IMG/VR virus record: IMGVR_UViG_3300029922_000054
Span: 3,763-67,762 of that record
Strand: one strand, 5' to 3'
Source: a virus
DNA length: 64,000 bases
Positions 17,630-26,770 of this stretch are shown here, in pieces. The translations under genes and the position numbers were made by a program. How positions within the stretch are numbered: position 1 is the stretch's first letter; each line of letters opens with the position of its first letter. The notes beneath the pieces were generated by a model that saw only the letters and a list, made by a program, of their open reading frames with translations, searched no databases and was not told the origin of the DNA.

Positions 17630-18756
17630 GCAAGCCTATTTGCTATGACGGGTACTGCGTACTTGGGGGCTGGAGCGAAGGATTTCTCTCTGAAGGATAC
17701 CGATGCGTAGGCTTCGACATTGAGGCACACGATTATGGGACCGGGGGCTATCCCGGCGAACTGATACTACGCGACATGCGCCAGGTTCATGGAAGCGAGT
17801 TGAAGGACGCGGCGTGCCTTGTGTTTTCTCCTCCCTGCCAGGAGTACAGCTACATGGCGATGCCGTGGAGTCGCTCAAAGCAGATAGCTAGGGCGTTGCA
17901 GGGGAAAGATGAGTTCCCGGAAGGATACAGCGGATCGCGCTCCGTCGAGCAACTGAACGAGTTATTCAACACATGCTTCCGCATTCAGCGCGAGGCGTGC
18001 GAAGCCGCAGGACACTACATCCCGATGGTGATCGAGAACGTGCGCGGGGCACAGAAGTGGGTCGGCCGGGCGAAAGCGCACTACGGATCGTTCTTCCTGT
18101 GGGGAGATGTGGGCATGGTCGGGAACCGGGTGGTAGCGATCGTTAACGGTAAGATACTGGGGCGCGGAGTGGCACCAATACGAGCTCAGAAGTTCAACCC
18201 AGACGGGACTCAGCACGGGGCCGGATCATGGTTTGCAATTGCCAATAGCCAAAACAGAGGCGCAAATGCTGAGAAGGTGCCCAGTTTCCGCTTCGATGGC
18301 AGCGGCGGTTCGTTTCAGAGTGCGGCAGTGGAAACAGTCGGTCGCAGTCTGAGCAAGGGCGCTTTGAAGTGGGGACCGCACAACATGGGTCCGGGCGAAG
18401 AGATGATGGCCGAGATTGCAGCTAACCAGCGGGAGAGCGATGCGGTGAAAGGGGACGGCTCAGGATGGACGGAGAAAGGTTCGCTCAAGTCGCACAATCG
18501 GCTGGTGGCGAATACTGGCGTGAAACAGCACGGGAGTGGAGCGGCATGGTGGGATGACGCACTCAATGAACGCAGAAAGGAAGCCACTGCCGTCAAGAAT
18601 GGCGGTGATTGGTTCGGTTCAGGAGATAACGCATATGAGCAACGCAAGCACGGCAGTAAGTCTAGCTCTCGCAAGGCCGCATCCGCGCTGATCGCCAAGA
18701 TTCCATTCGCACTCAGCCAATACATTGCTCAATCGTTCAAGCCGGAGGAAGCGTGA
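17626..18756 (+). CDS. DNA cytosine-5 methyltransferase-like protein
   Basis: Degenerate motif I (YCVLGGWSEG), GFDI, catalytic SPPCQ, VIENV. Confidence 0.7.
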   Translation: MSKPICYDGYCVLGGWSEGFLSEGYRCVGFDIEAHDYGTGGYPGELILRDMRQVHGSELKDAACLVFSPPCQEYSYMAMPWSRSKQIARALQGKDEFPEGYSGSRSVEQLNELFNTCFRIQREACEAAGHYIPMVIENVRGAQKWVGRAKAHYGSFFLWGDVGMVGNRVVAIVNGKILGRGVAPIRAQKFNPDGTQHGAGSWFAIANSQNRGANAEKVPSFRFDGSGGSFQSAAVETVGRSLSKGALKWGPHNMGPGEEMMAEIAANQRESDAVKGDGSGWTEKGSLKSHNRLVANTGVKQHGSGAAWWDDALNERRKEATAVKNGGDWFGSGDNAYEQRKHGSKSSSRKAASALIAKIPFALSQYIAQSFKPEEA

Positions 18757-18868
18757 AAGCGGACCTCCAGATAGACAGCCTACCGGCGAATTCAAAGCAT
18801 AATGTGATAAGGTTGTGGAGTGTCGGGACGCCAATCCCGGCAAAGCCTTATCGCTTATAGGAGCGAGA

Positions 18869-19612
18869 ATGACACCCCACGAATCTAGTATACCTGTCGG
18901 CCTGTGCCAGTGTGGATGCGGTCAGAAAACACCTATAGCCCAGCGAACGCGCACTGGGGACGATGTATTCAAAGGATTCCCTTTGAGATTCATCCTCAAC
19001 CATCATGCAAAGCTGCAAAAGAGAACAGTTCTGACTGGGTGCATCTGCGGCAATGCTGATTGCTCTATCCCTTATGGGCTTTGTCATTGCGGTTGCGGGA
19101 AGCGCACACGGACAGCGAGAGTAAGCAATGCTGCCCGGCATCGCGTCAAAGGCCAACCTTATCGCTATTGCCACGGACATGCCCTATGCTTATCCGGCCC
19201 CGAATATCTTATCGAGGATCGCGGTTACAAAACCCCTTGTTGGGTGTGGCAGAGACACATTAACCACAAAGGATATGGCATGATGCGTGACTTAGAGAAG
19301 TCAGGGAAACTGCGCTCTGCCCATCGGACTTATTACGAGCGCAAGTTCGGCCCTATCCCTGAAGACCTCACCTTGGATCATCTTTGTCGTGTTCGGTCCT
19401 GCGTTAATCCCGATCATCTGGAAGCTGTGCCGCTTGTTGTGAATGTTGATCGCGGAATTTCATGTACCATCACGGCCGAGCAGATTTCCAAGACGAAACG
19501 CTTGCTCGCTCTGGGGCATATCCAGGTTGATGTTGCATCTTTGGTGGGCATTTCTCAGGCGGCTGTTAGCGACATAAATCTTGGGAAGAAAGATCATCGG
19601 CTCAATGGGTAA
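18869..19612 (+). CDS. HNH (homing-type) endonuclease with CxCGCG repeats and a C-terminal HTH
   Basis: CWVW...GYG...AHR..YE...LDHLC....CVNPDHL; CQCGCG and CHCGCG; lower GC. Confidence 0.8.
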   Translation: MTPHESSIPVGLCQCGCGQKTPIAQRTRTGDDVFKGFPLRFILNHHAKLQKRTVLTGCICGNADCSIPYGLCHCGCGKRTRTARVSNAARHRVKGQPYRYCHGHALCLSGPEYLIEDRGYKTPCWVWQRHINHKGYGMMRDLEKSGKLRSAHRTYYERKFGPIPEDLTLDHLCRVRSCVNPDHLEAVPLVVNVDRGISCTITAEQISKTKRLLALGHIQVDVASLVGISQAAVSDINLGKKDHRLNG

Positions 19613-20942
19613 ATTAATCGACACTGGACTACCGGCAGACATTGACTGCGAGCGAACCCTTTTAGGCGCCGTACTCAAGAACAATGACGCGTGGGAAGAC
19701 GTCGCACAACTCGCAAGAGATGACTGGGCGCTCGAAAGCCATCAGCGCATTCGGCAGGCAATGAAGCGGATTCGGGATGCAGGTTCTGGAATTGACGAAA
19801 TTACTCTTTGTAACGATCTTCGTTCCCGCGGAGAGCTGGATGCTATCGGAGGGGTATCATACATCTCCGGTCTACAAGAGGGTGTATACCGCAACATAGC
19901 TATTGATGACCATCTGCGCATCGTGCGGGACAAAGGGATGTTGCGTAGACTGTTGAGTTTTGCTAGTGAAATATCTGACCGCGCACAAGGCATGGGAGAG
20001 CCGGCGCTTGAAATATTAGGGTCTTTGCAGTCGCAACTGGACGCCATGGCCGAACCTGCGATGCAGTCGAACAAGGCCCCAATTCAGAGCCACATCGTAG
20101 AACTCATGGACCGGGTAGTGCGGGAGTACACAGAGAAAACGCCCCGCGGCATTCCAACCGGCAACGCATGGCTCGACGACAAGATGGGCGGTGGATACCG
20201 AAAAGGGCGCTACACCATCGTTGCGGCGCGGCCGAAGATCGGAAAGTCAGGATTCGGAACAATGTCCACGGCCTATAACTGCCTTCGCGGGACTCGCGTC
20301 GTCTGGTTCTCGCTGGAGATGGACCATGAAGAGGTTGAACTGAATCTCATCCCGTATGTAGTGGACCTTCCGAATATCGTCGTGGTCAAACCGGAACTCA
20401 GGACTCCAGAGCAGCAGTCTTTGGTCCTGCAAGGTTTGGGAATCATCGGCGAATGGCCGCTGACCATCTATGACGGCGACATGGACTGTGACCAAATATG
20501 CTGGTCGATTGACCGTGAGGCGCGCAAGGAAGGTGATGTGCTGTTTGTATTGGACCACTTCGGGCTTATCTCCGGAGGCGACAAGGATATTCGCAAGCGG
20601 TACGTGGAGAACTCTGAGCGGCTGCGCAAGAAGATCAAGCAGCACAAGAACGCAGCGCTACTCAACCTATTCCAGCTCGGGGAAGTGCCGAGAGAGTTTG
20701 CAGACAAGCGGCCACAGCCAGGAGACATCAGCGAGAGCAAGAAGCCGCTGCAAGACTGCTTTGCCATGGTCCTGTTGCATCGGTATCAGGACAAAGAGAC
20801 GCTGAAGATGACCAAGAAAGCAAACATCAACCTAGCATTGGTCAGAGGCGGCGGCGCACCGGGCAATGTGGATGGGGAATTTAACACGCGCACACTCAGC
20901 TTTGAAGCCGAGGCTGAGCTTGACATGGACAGTTACGAATAA
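19605..20942 (+). CDS. dnaB: Replicative DnaB-like helicase
   Basis: N-terminal ERTLLGAVL...GGVSYI; Walker A AARPKIGKS; FSLEM; LDH; Q-L motif. Confidence 0.9.
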   Translation: MGKLIDTGLPADIDCERTLLGAVLKNNDAWEDVAQLARDDWALESHQRIRQAMKRIRDAGSGIDEITLCNDLRSRGELDAIGGVSYISGLQEGVYRNIAIDDHLRIVRDKGMLRRLLSFASEISDRAQGMGEPALEILGSLQSQLDAMAEPAMQSNKAPIQSHIVELMDRVVREYTEKTPRGIPTGNAWLDDKMGGGYRKGRYTIVAARPKIGKSGFGTMSTAYNCLRGTRVVWFSLEMDHEEVELNLIPYVVDLPNIVVVKPELRTPEQQSLVLQGLGIIGEWPLTIYDGDMDCDQICWSIDREARKEGDVLFVLDHFGLISGGDKDIRKRYVENSERLRKKIKQHKNAALLNLFQLGEVPREFADKRPQPGDISESKKPLQDCFAMVLLHRYQDKETLKMTKKANINLALVRGGGAPGNVDGEFNTRTLSFEAEAELDMDSYE

Positions 20943-20966
20943 CCAGCAACCGAAAGGGATGGCGTC

Positions 20967-21830
20967 ATGGAAAAACTGACACTGAGACAATCAATTCGAG
21001 AGGAACTTAGGAAGCATCGCTCTATAAACCAGAACCTGCTTACGCTAGATGAAGAAAGAGCCCTTCTCGATGGCCTAGCGGAAGTTATCAAGGAGTACGC
21101 TCCCACGGAATCAGGAGCGCCGCTGAGCGATGAAGAGTGGAAAACTCTTGTGCGATGGAGTTTTCCATCAAAACATCCAGACAACACCTGCGTCACACGC
21201 CTCCAACTGGACACTATTCTCGCCAAGCGCAACACTGCGCAGTCGATACCACCACAAAGCCAACAGGACGCAGAAACATGCGCTCTCTGGCGCAAGGTAC
21301 AAGACGGGCACAGCGTCAAGCAGCCCACACCACCGTATATGAATACGCCGAATGCTTTTGTTGGTGAGCGACCGGGCAAGAGCTGGAAGGATGCGCAGCC
21401 AGAGCCCATCGCATCCACAGCGCAGGACGACTGGAATGACCAGCACGGCCACAGGAGCGAGATACTGCCACTGATTGGCGGTGAGCCGGTGAAGAAAGAA
21501 AATGCTGCTCCAGTGGATGGCGATCTATCCGAGAAAGCACGCAAGGCGTTCTTGAGTGCTCCAGATAATTCTTGGGATACAGCGTTCGGTGTGATACAGC
21601 GGGACCGTGATGCACGGTGGGAGAAAGCAATTGTCGAAGAATGCGAGCACCGCAGCTACATGGTCGGTATAGGTCAAAAGTTAGTGAATGATACTCGCGC
21701 CCGCATCGAAGCCAAGCCGCAGACCTTGGAAGAGCGTATCCACGCAATTCTGATTGGCTCCGATTCCGTCACAGACAAGTTCAACGCGGTAATGGCTCTG
21801 ATTCCGAAACCAGCAAAGGAGCAGCGATGA
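20967..21830 (+). CDS. Hypothetical protein
   Basis: 287-aa ORF. Confidence 0.55.
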   Translation: MEKLTLRQSIREELRKHRSINQNLLTLDEERALLDGLAEVIKEYAPTESGAPLSDEEWKTLVRWSFPSKHPDNTCVTRLQLDTILAKRNTAQSIPPQSQQDAETCALWRKVQDGHSVKQPTPPYMNTPNAFVGERPGKSWKDAQPEPIASTAQDDWNDQHGHRSEILPLIGGEPVKKENAAPVDGDLSEKARKAFLSAPDNSWDTAFGVIQRDRDARWEKAIVEECEHRSYMVGIGQKLVNDTRARIEAKPQTLEERIHAILIGSDSVTDKFNAVMALIPKPAKEQR

Positions 21831-22012
21831 GCCGGGAGTTATCCCAACGCAGCAAGGCTGATGCGCGGCAACCATTCACAACCGCGGAATTGGCTATCAA
21901 GTGTGCTGAAATACTTGAGCACATGACTGGGGAGAAGTGCGTAGTTATCTCCAGGGGACAGGCATACCATTACATCCTGCGTCAGTCAGGAACAAAGTTG
22001 GTGAGGGGATGA
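21827..22012 (+). CDS. Hypothetical protein
   Basis: AAGGAG RBS, ATGA overlap. Confidence 0.5.
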   Translation: MSRELSQRSKADARQPFTTAELAIKCAEILEHMTGEKCVVISRGQAYHYILRQSGTKLVRG

Positions 22013-22209
22013 CGAAGATATGCCCCACCTGTGGTCAGCCGCTTCCGCAACTCAAAGGAAAGCGTATTTGTGCTGACTGCCATAAGACCATCGGTCGCCA
22101 CGACAAGTATTTCAACGGGAACGATGGCCGGCTGCATCACTACTCCTGCCAGGAGCCGACAGGATACGGAAAGCCGGATCCGCCTCAGAATTTGGAGCTG
22201 ATCGCATGA
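22009..22209 (+). CDS. Small zinc-finger protein
   Basis: CPTC, CADC...HHYSC; ATGA overlaps. Confidence 0.55.
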   Translation: MTKICPTCGQPLPQLKGKRICADCHKTIGRHDKYFNGNDGRLHHYSCQEPTGYGKPDPPQNLELIA

Positions 22210-22562
22210 GCTACCTGAAGCGCTACACGCCAATCAAGAAGAAGCGGGACAAGCCGCGCCGGGGTGAGCCGACCAATGAAGAGAAGCAGGCCGCACGCGC
22301 TCTTTGTTTCTCTCGTGCAGGAGGCATGTGTCAGCTTCACGTCAACAATCAATGCCTTGGATATGCTCCCTTGAACGCGGAAGATGGAGATGAGCACCAG
22401 GGACAACTTTGCCACCTGAAAGGCAAACGCAGGTTCGGATGGCCTGAGTCAGAAGTGACCGGACAAAAGCATCTGTGGGGTTGCTGGAAGTGTCATGCAG
22501 CTAGTCACAACTGCGGTGGAAGGCCGCTCTCAACCAACAACACCAATAGTGAGGTAAGATAA
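22206..22562 (+). CDS. HNH-like nuclease
   Basis: GGMCQ...C...QLCH...GCWKCH...H. Confidence 0.55.
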   Translation: MSYLKRYTPIKKKRDKPRRGEPTNEEKQAARALCFSRAGGMCQLHVNNQCLGYAPLNAEDGDEHQGQLCHLKGKRRFGWPESEVTGQKHLWGCWKCHAASHNCGGRPLSTNNTNSEVR

Positions 22563-22566
22563 GCCC

Positions 22567-22908
22567 ATGAAGACACCAGCATTCCGCCCAGGTGGTAACC
22601 GCTATCTCGTGCTGCCTGACCAGATCGCAGAGGACAGCGAAACAATCGGAGGGGTCACGCTCTCGATCCCCAAAGACCCCAACAAGCAGGCCATTGAAGG
22701 AACCGTAGTTGCCCGAGGTCTGGCCGCTAGCGACTATGAAGTGAACGACAAGGTGATGTACGGCCAGTATTCCGGCTATGACCTGAAGCTGGAGGGCGTC
22801 GACTACAAGGTGCTCCAGGAGAATGAGCTGCTCGGCCAGCACCTTTCTACGCCTTTTGATTCGGATCAGTCCGCTCTGCCGCTCGTGATGGGCACAATTC
22901 AGCTCTAA
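22567..22908 (+). CDS. groES: Co-chaperonin GroES
   Basis: FRP.GNRYLV, mobile loop TIGGV, GTVVARG, DKVMYGQYSG. Confidence 0.9.
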   Translation: MKTPAFRPGGNRYLVLPDQIAEDSETIGGVTLSIPKDPNKQAIEGTVVARGLAASDYEVNDKVMYGQYSGYDLKLEGVDYKVLQENELLGQHLSTPFDSDQSALPLVMGTIQL

Positions 22909-22962
22909 CCTCACCGCCAACCGCTCTACCAACCGCCAAGCACCACAGGAGAAGAAGCCGCC

Positions 22963-23388
22963 ATGGCAATCACTGAAGAATCTAACCTCGTCCATCATGC
23001 ACGGCGAGAACTTGAAAACGCAGGCTGGTTTAAAGAGGACTCCGACTTTGGAGGATTAGTCGGTCCTGCCGTCCTCAAAATGGTCGAAACGTTCAGCGAT
23101 GAAGGACACAGCGGGTTCTCTGCTGGGTTGTGCATTGATCTCTTCAAAAGAGTTGCATCGTTCAAACTCCTTTCTCCTATCAAGAATCCAATGGAGACGG
23201 GAGAATACATCGACCACACAGACATAAGCGGTGGCCATCCAGTGTTTCAATCCACTCGTCTCTCCAGTTTGTTTTCAAACGATGGAGGCAAGCACTGGCA
23301 CGACATCGACATTCACGTTCCACGCTGGAGACGCATATTCCTCCGTCAGAACGTGGTCTTAGTGAACTTCCCCTACCTACCGGAGTGA
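22963..23388 (+). CDS. Conserved phage hypothetical protein
   Basis: NLVHHARREL...F..EGHSGFSA...FQSTRLSSLF motif. Confidence 0.7.
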   Translation: MAITEESNLVHHARRELENAGWFKEDSDFGGLVGPAVLKMVETFSDEGHSGFSAGLCIDLFKRVASFKLLSPIKNPMETGEYIDHTDISGGHPVFQSTRLSSLFSNDGGKHWHDIDIHVPRWRRIFLRQNVVLVNFPYLPE

Positions 23389-23403
23389 AAGGAAAACAGG
23401 AAA

Positions 23404-25134
23404 ATGGCAATCACTATCAAGACAGGGAAGGAAGCTCGCGCAGAGATCCTTTCAGGAGCAACGCAACTCAACCAGGTAGTCAGTTCGTCACTGGGCCCTG
23501 CCGGCCGCTGGAGCCTGTTTCGGCACGGCAACATGGTCGTACTCAGCAAAGACGGCGTTACGCTGGCAAACGAGGTCAACCTCCCCGGCGTATACGAGTC
23601 TATGGGGGCCGACCGGCTCAAGGGTGCAGCGCGTCAAGCAGTCGACGAAGCTGGCGACGGGACCACCACAGCCGTCCTGCTGGGCCACGCCATCCTTGAG
23701 GCAGGACACAAGGCCATCAATGATGGTGCGGAGCCTGTGAAGCTCACCCGCGGCATTGAGCGTGCGCGGAAGGCCATTGTGGGCGATTTCGACCAGAAGA
23801 AACGGAAGTTCACAGGCGGCATTCTGGAGTCGTTCGCCATTCCCTGCACTCCGGAGCTTGCTTTTCAGGCAGCGCGGATCAGCGCCAACGGAGACGACAC
23901 GATCGCCAAGGCCGTCTCCGAAGTAGTGCTGAAGGTGGGCACTGACGGAGATGTGACGATCGCCAACAGCTACTCGACAGAGCATTTAGTCGAATTCCAG
24001 GAGGGGATGGGGATCAACACAGGACTCGTACATCCCGGCTTTGTGAATGATGCCTATCGGAACCGCGCCATGCTTGAGAAGGCTATGGTCCTGTGCGTCA
24101 ACAGACAAATCTCAACTTCCGTTGAAGTCGTCAACATCATGAAGAAAGCGGCGCAGAAGGCGAAGTTAGACAATGTGCCATTCTCCCTGTTGGTGATCGC
24201 TGACGAGTACACACCCGAGGCGTTGGGACAGTTCCTGCATCACCGGAAGCCGCAGAACTTGGGCGGCGATGGGCTGGAGATCGCCATCGTTCGGGCGCCA
24301 CTCTTCAAGGACTCGCGCCGGGATATTCTTGAGGATATTTGCCTGCTGACCCAGGGAACTCGAGTAGAGAACCCGCAGGGGAAGGCGCTCGAACAGTTGA
24401 GCGTCAACTCTTTCGGTCTTGCCGAGCGCGTAATCGTCACCCAGAGCCGGACCACAATCACTGCCGGCACGTCCGATGACGACTACAGGACCAGTACCAT
24501 CGAGCCCTACCTCGCGCGCCTCAAGGCCATGTCGGAAGACACGTCACTGCGCGCAGACGAGATCAGCACGCTCAAGAGCCGGCTGGCAGCTCTTACTGGC
24601 GGCGTGGCCGTCATCAAGGTTGGCGGGACCAGCATCAACGAAGTGGAGAAGCTGAAGTTCCAGGTAGAGGACGCCATCCACGCCACACGGGCAGCCGTCT
24701 CAGAGGGCGTTGTACCGGGCGGCGGTAGCGCGCTGCTGTTCGCCAAAGAGGCAGCGTCCGACGTTGACGATGACTCGCTACTGGAGGACTCAGACGAGAG
24801 CAGGGGCTACGTGCTGCTGCTCGACTGCCTCTCGAAGCCCATCCAGCAGATTGCTTTGAACGCAGGGTACGACGGAGAGAAGATCGCTCAGGCCGTACAT
24901 AATGCGAATCATGGTCCTTACGCAAACGACCGCAATGGCTTCGACGCTTCCACAGGACTCTACCCTGCAGACATGTTTGAGGCTGGTATTGTGGATCCAC
25001 TTCGAGTTGTCCGCTCGTCACTCAACGCCGCGGCAAGTGAAGCCTGCTTGCTCCTGCTCACCGAGGTTGTGCTGGGCAACATTCCAGAGCCAGCACAGCA
25101 GCAGATGAGCGGCCAAGTCGGTCCTCGTCGGTAA
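23404..25134 (+). CDS. groEL: Chaperonin GroEL (divergent)
   Basis: LGPAGR, KDGVT, AGDGTTTA, ISANGD, GGVAVIKVGG, EDAIHATRAA.EGVVPGGG, GIVDP. Confidence 0.95.
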   Translation: MAITIKTGKEARAEILSGATQLNQVVSSSLGPAGRWSLFRHGNMVVLSKDGVTLANEVNLPGVYESMGADRLKGAARQAVDEAGDGTTTAVLLGHAILEAGHKAINDGAEPVKLTRGIERARKAIVGDFDQKKRKFTGGILESFAIPCTPELAFQAARISANGDDTIAKAVSEVVLKVGTDGDVTIANSYSTEHLVEFQEGMGINTGLVHPGFVNDAYRNRAMLEKAMVLCVNRQISTSVEVVNIMKKAAQKAKLDNVPFSLLVIADEYTPEALGQFLHHRKPQNLGGDGLEIAIVRAPLFKDSRRDILEDICLLTQGTRVENPQGKALEQLSVNSFGLAERVIVTQSRTTITAGTSDDDYRTSTIEPYLARLKAMSEDTSLRADEISTLKSRLAALTGGVAVIKVGGTSINEVEKLKFQVEDAIHATRAAVSEGVVPGGGSALLFAKEAASDVDDDSLLEDSDESRGYVLLLDCLSKPIQQIALNAGYDGEKIAQAVHNANHGPYANDRNGFDASTGLYPADMFEAGIVDPLRVVRSSLNAAASEACLLLLTEVVLGNIPEPAQQQMSGQVGPRR

Positions 25135-25143
25135 CCATCAACT

Positions 25144-25241
25144 GGCAGGGTGTCCTGCCAAGACGGCTGGGGCCGCAAGGCAAGGAATGGTAGACCTCTC
25201 GCCAGAAGGAGAGGATGCCAGCCGTCTTGGCAGCACATTCA
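25144..25241 (+). ncRNA. Structured intergenic element related to the 9750-9842 element
   Basis: Perfect 16-bp stem 25155-70/25218-33 enclosing a GCAA tetraloop hairpin and a CCTCTC/GAGAGG hairpin; flanks GGTGTCCTGCC and GGCAGCACATTCA shared with 9758-9842. Confidence 0.6.
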
Positions 25242-25262
25242 AACCAAAAAAGGAGAAATTCA

Positions 25263-25544
25263 ATGTCTTGGAGCATCTCACTATCGGGTGGAAAACAACA
25301 GGTGCAGGACGAATTGCGCCATGCGGCAATCGAGATCAGTCACACAATGGACGCTCTTGATCGCGCGTCTGGCCCTCTCGTCAACGTGTCAGTCAGCGGG
25401 TCAGCGTATGCGAGTCCTGCTGATTCAAACGGCAACAGCAACAACGGAACAGGCGCATCTTTCAGTGTCGGAAGCTATGCGCCCGAGCCGCCTCCCGCTC
25501 AGCCGCAGGACATTCCCGCAGAAGCTGCACCGTCCGCAAGCTAA
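25263..25544 (+). CDS. Hypothetical protein
   Basis: AAGGAG RBS; MSWSISLSG...; 93 aa. Confidence 0.6.
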   Translation: MSWSISLSGGKQQVQDELRHAAIEISHTMDALDRASGPLVNVSVSGSAYASPADSNGNSNNGTGASFSVGSYAPEPPPAQPQDIPAEAAPSAS

Positions 25545-25561
25545 ACCGCCAACCGCAGGAC

Positions 25562-26767
25562 TCACCGACCGTAAACCCCATGGCGCTTTCGCAGATCCAC
25601 TGTGCAGGCGCCATGTTTCTTTGTAGGCCGTCCGTCTGCTCCCAGCTTCCCCTGCCGTGCCAGATCGCTCATCATCCACTTGCTTGCAATCTGCGCTGTG
25701 AATGGGTCCTTGCCCTCAATGGCGGCCGCTAAGGCCTCGTTGGGGTCGATTCCTGCCGGGTTACGGAGAGTGCCCAGGATCTCTTTGAGGGTGTCGAGCA
25801 AGTGGTTGTTTTTATTTTGCAATCCCTCTGACGGGTTCCGCGTGAGCAACTGCCGGCTCGTCATCTCGACTCGCTTGGCGCGCTTCATTTCCCACAGCAG
25901 GTTGGGGCAGTCGAACTCATGCAGGCCAGGCTGAGGACGTTCACTCGGATAGCGGCATACGATGTACAGACGGGGTTTGAGTCCTGTCCAGTGCCCGTCC
26001 AGGGTTGAGATTCCCCTCCACCAATCAGACATGACCCACTCGACGAATGTCACGTCAGAGCGCACGCCGTCGTAGGGGCTCATCTTCCACATGTTGTTTT
26101 TCTTGTAGGTCTGGTAGATGTTCGTGGGAGCGCCCTTGTCGGTGGCCACGGCGTCATAGAAGATGGACGGGTCAGCTTTGATCCAGCGCGCCCGCTCCAG
26201 GTCAGGCATCTTCTTCATGACTTTGACGTTCTCATCGACGTTGTTATTCCACTCGGCCGAGCGGTAGCGGTAGAACTCCCCAGCCAGATACAGTTCAGGA
26301 GGATTCTTGGCTCCTGTGACGGGATTGATCGTTTCCTTGGGGACGTAGCCCTTGAGCAACGCCGTGGCATTCGTGACGCCATGATCGAATCCGGCCACAA
26401 TGTCGGGGTTGGCTGGCATGTAGGGCGGCCCCGGATACCAGTTCGGGTCAGAGATCACGACGATCTGGTAAAGCTCCTCATTGCCCAGGATGGAGCCAAA
26501 GACAGCCTCGCCGCCGGTGGCGTAGGGGTCCATCTCCTGCTCTTTCTTCCACCGGGCAGGTGAGGCATAGCGAGAGGCGTTCTCTTCGTACCATTTTGCG
26601 CCCTTTGGCGTCTCTGGATCACGGTCAGGTATGGCAGAGTAATGCAGGCTCATGATTGTCAAGCCATTTTTTTTACGCCTGACTGTTACTCCTCTGATTA
26701 CCTCCATCCGGGTCTGCGGAGGAACGTCCTTGAGCCTCTTGATGGCCTCTTGTAGTTTGGTGGGCAT
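25562..26767 (-). CDS. Terminase large subunit, C-terminal (nuclease) part
   Basis: LHYSA..D lid region; RNase H-fold acidic motifs GFDHG, ADPSIF and NHLLD. Confidence 0.8.
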   Translation of the reverse strand: MPTKLQEAIKRLKDVPPQTRMEVIRGVTVRRKKNGLTIMSLHYSAIPDRDPETPKGAKWYEENASRYASPARWKKEQEMDPYATGGEAVFGSILGNEELYQIVVISDPNWYPGPPYMPANPDIVAGFDHGVTNATALLKGYVPKETINPVTGAKNPPELYLAGEFYRYRSAEWNNNVDENVKVMKKMPDLERARWIKADPSIFYDAVATDKGAPTNIYQTYKKNNMWKMSPYDGVRSDVTFVEWVMSDWWRGISTLDGHWTGLKPRLYIVCRYPSERPQPGLHEFDCPNLLWEMKRAKRVEMTSRQLLTRNPSEGLQNKNNHLLDTLKEILGTLRNPAGIDPNEALAAAIEGKDPFTAQIASKWMMSDLARQGKLGADGRPTKKHGACTVDLRKRHGVYGR

Positions 26768-26770
26768 TGT

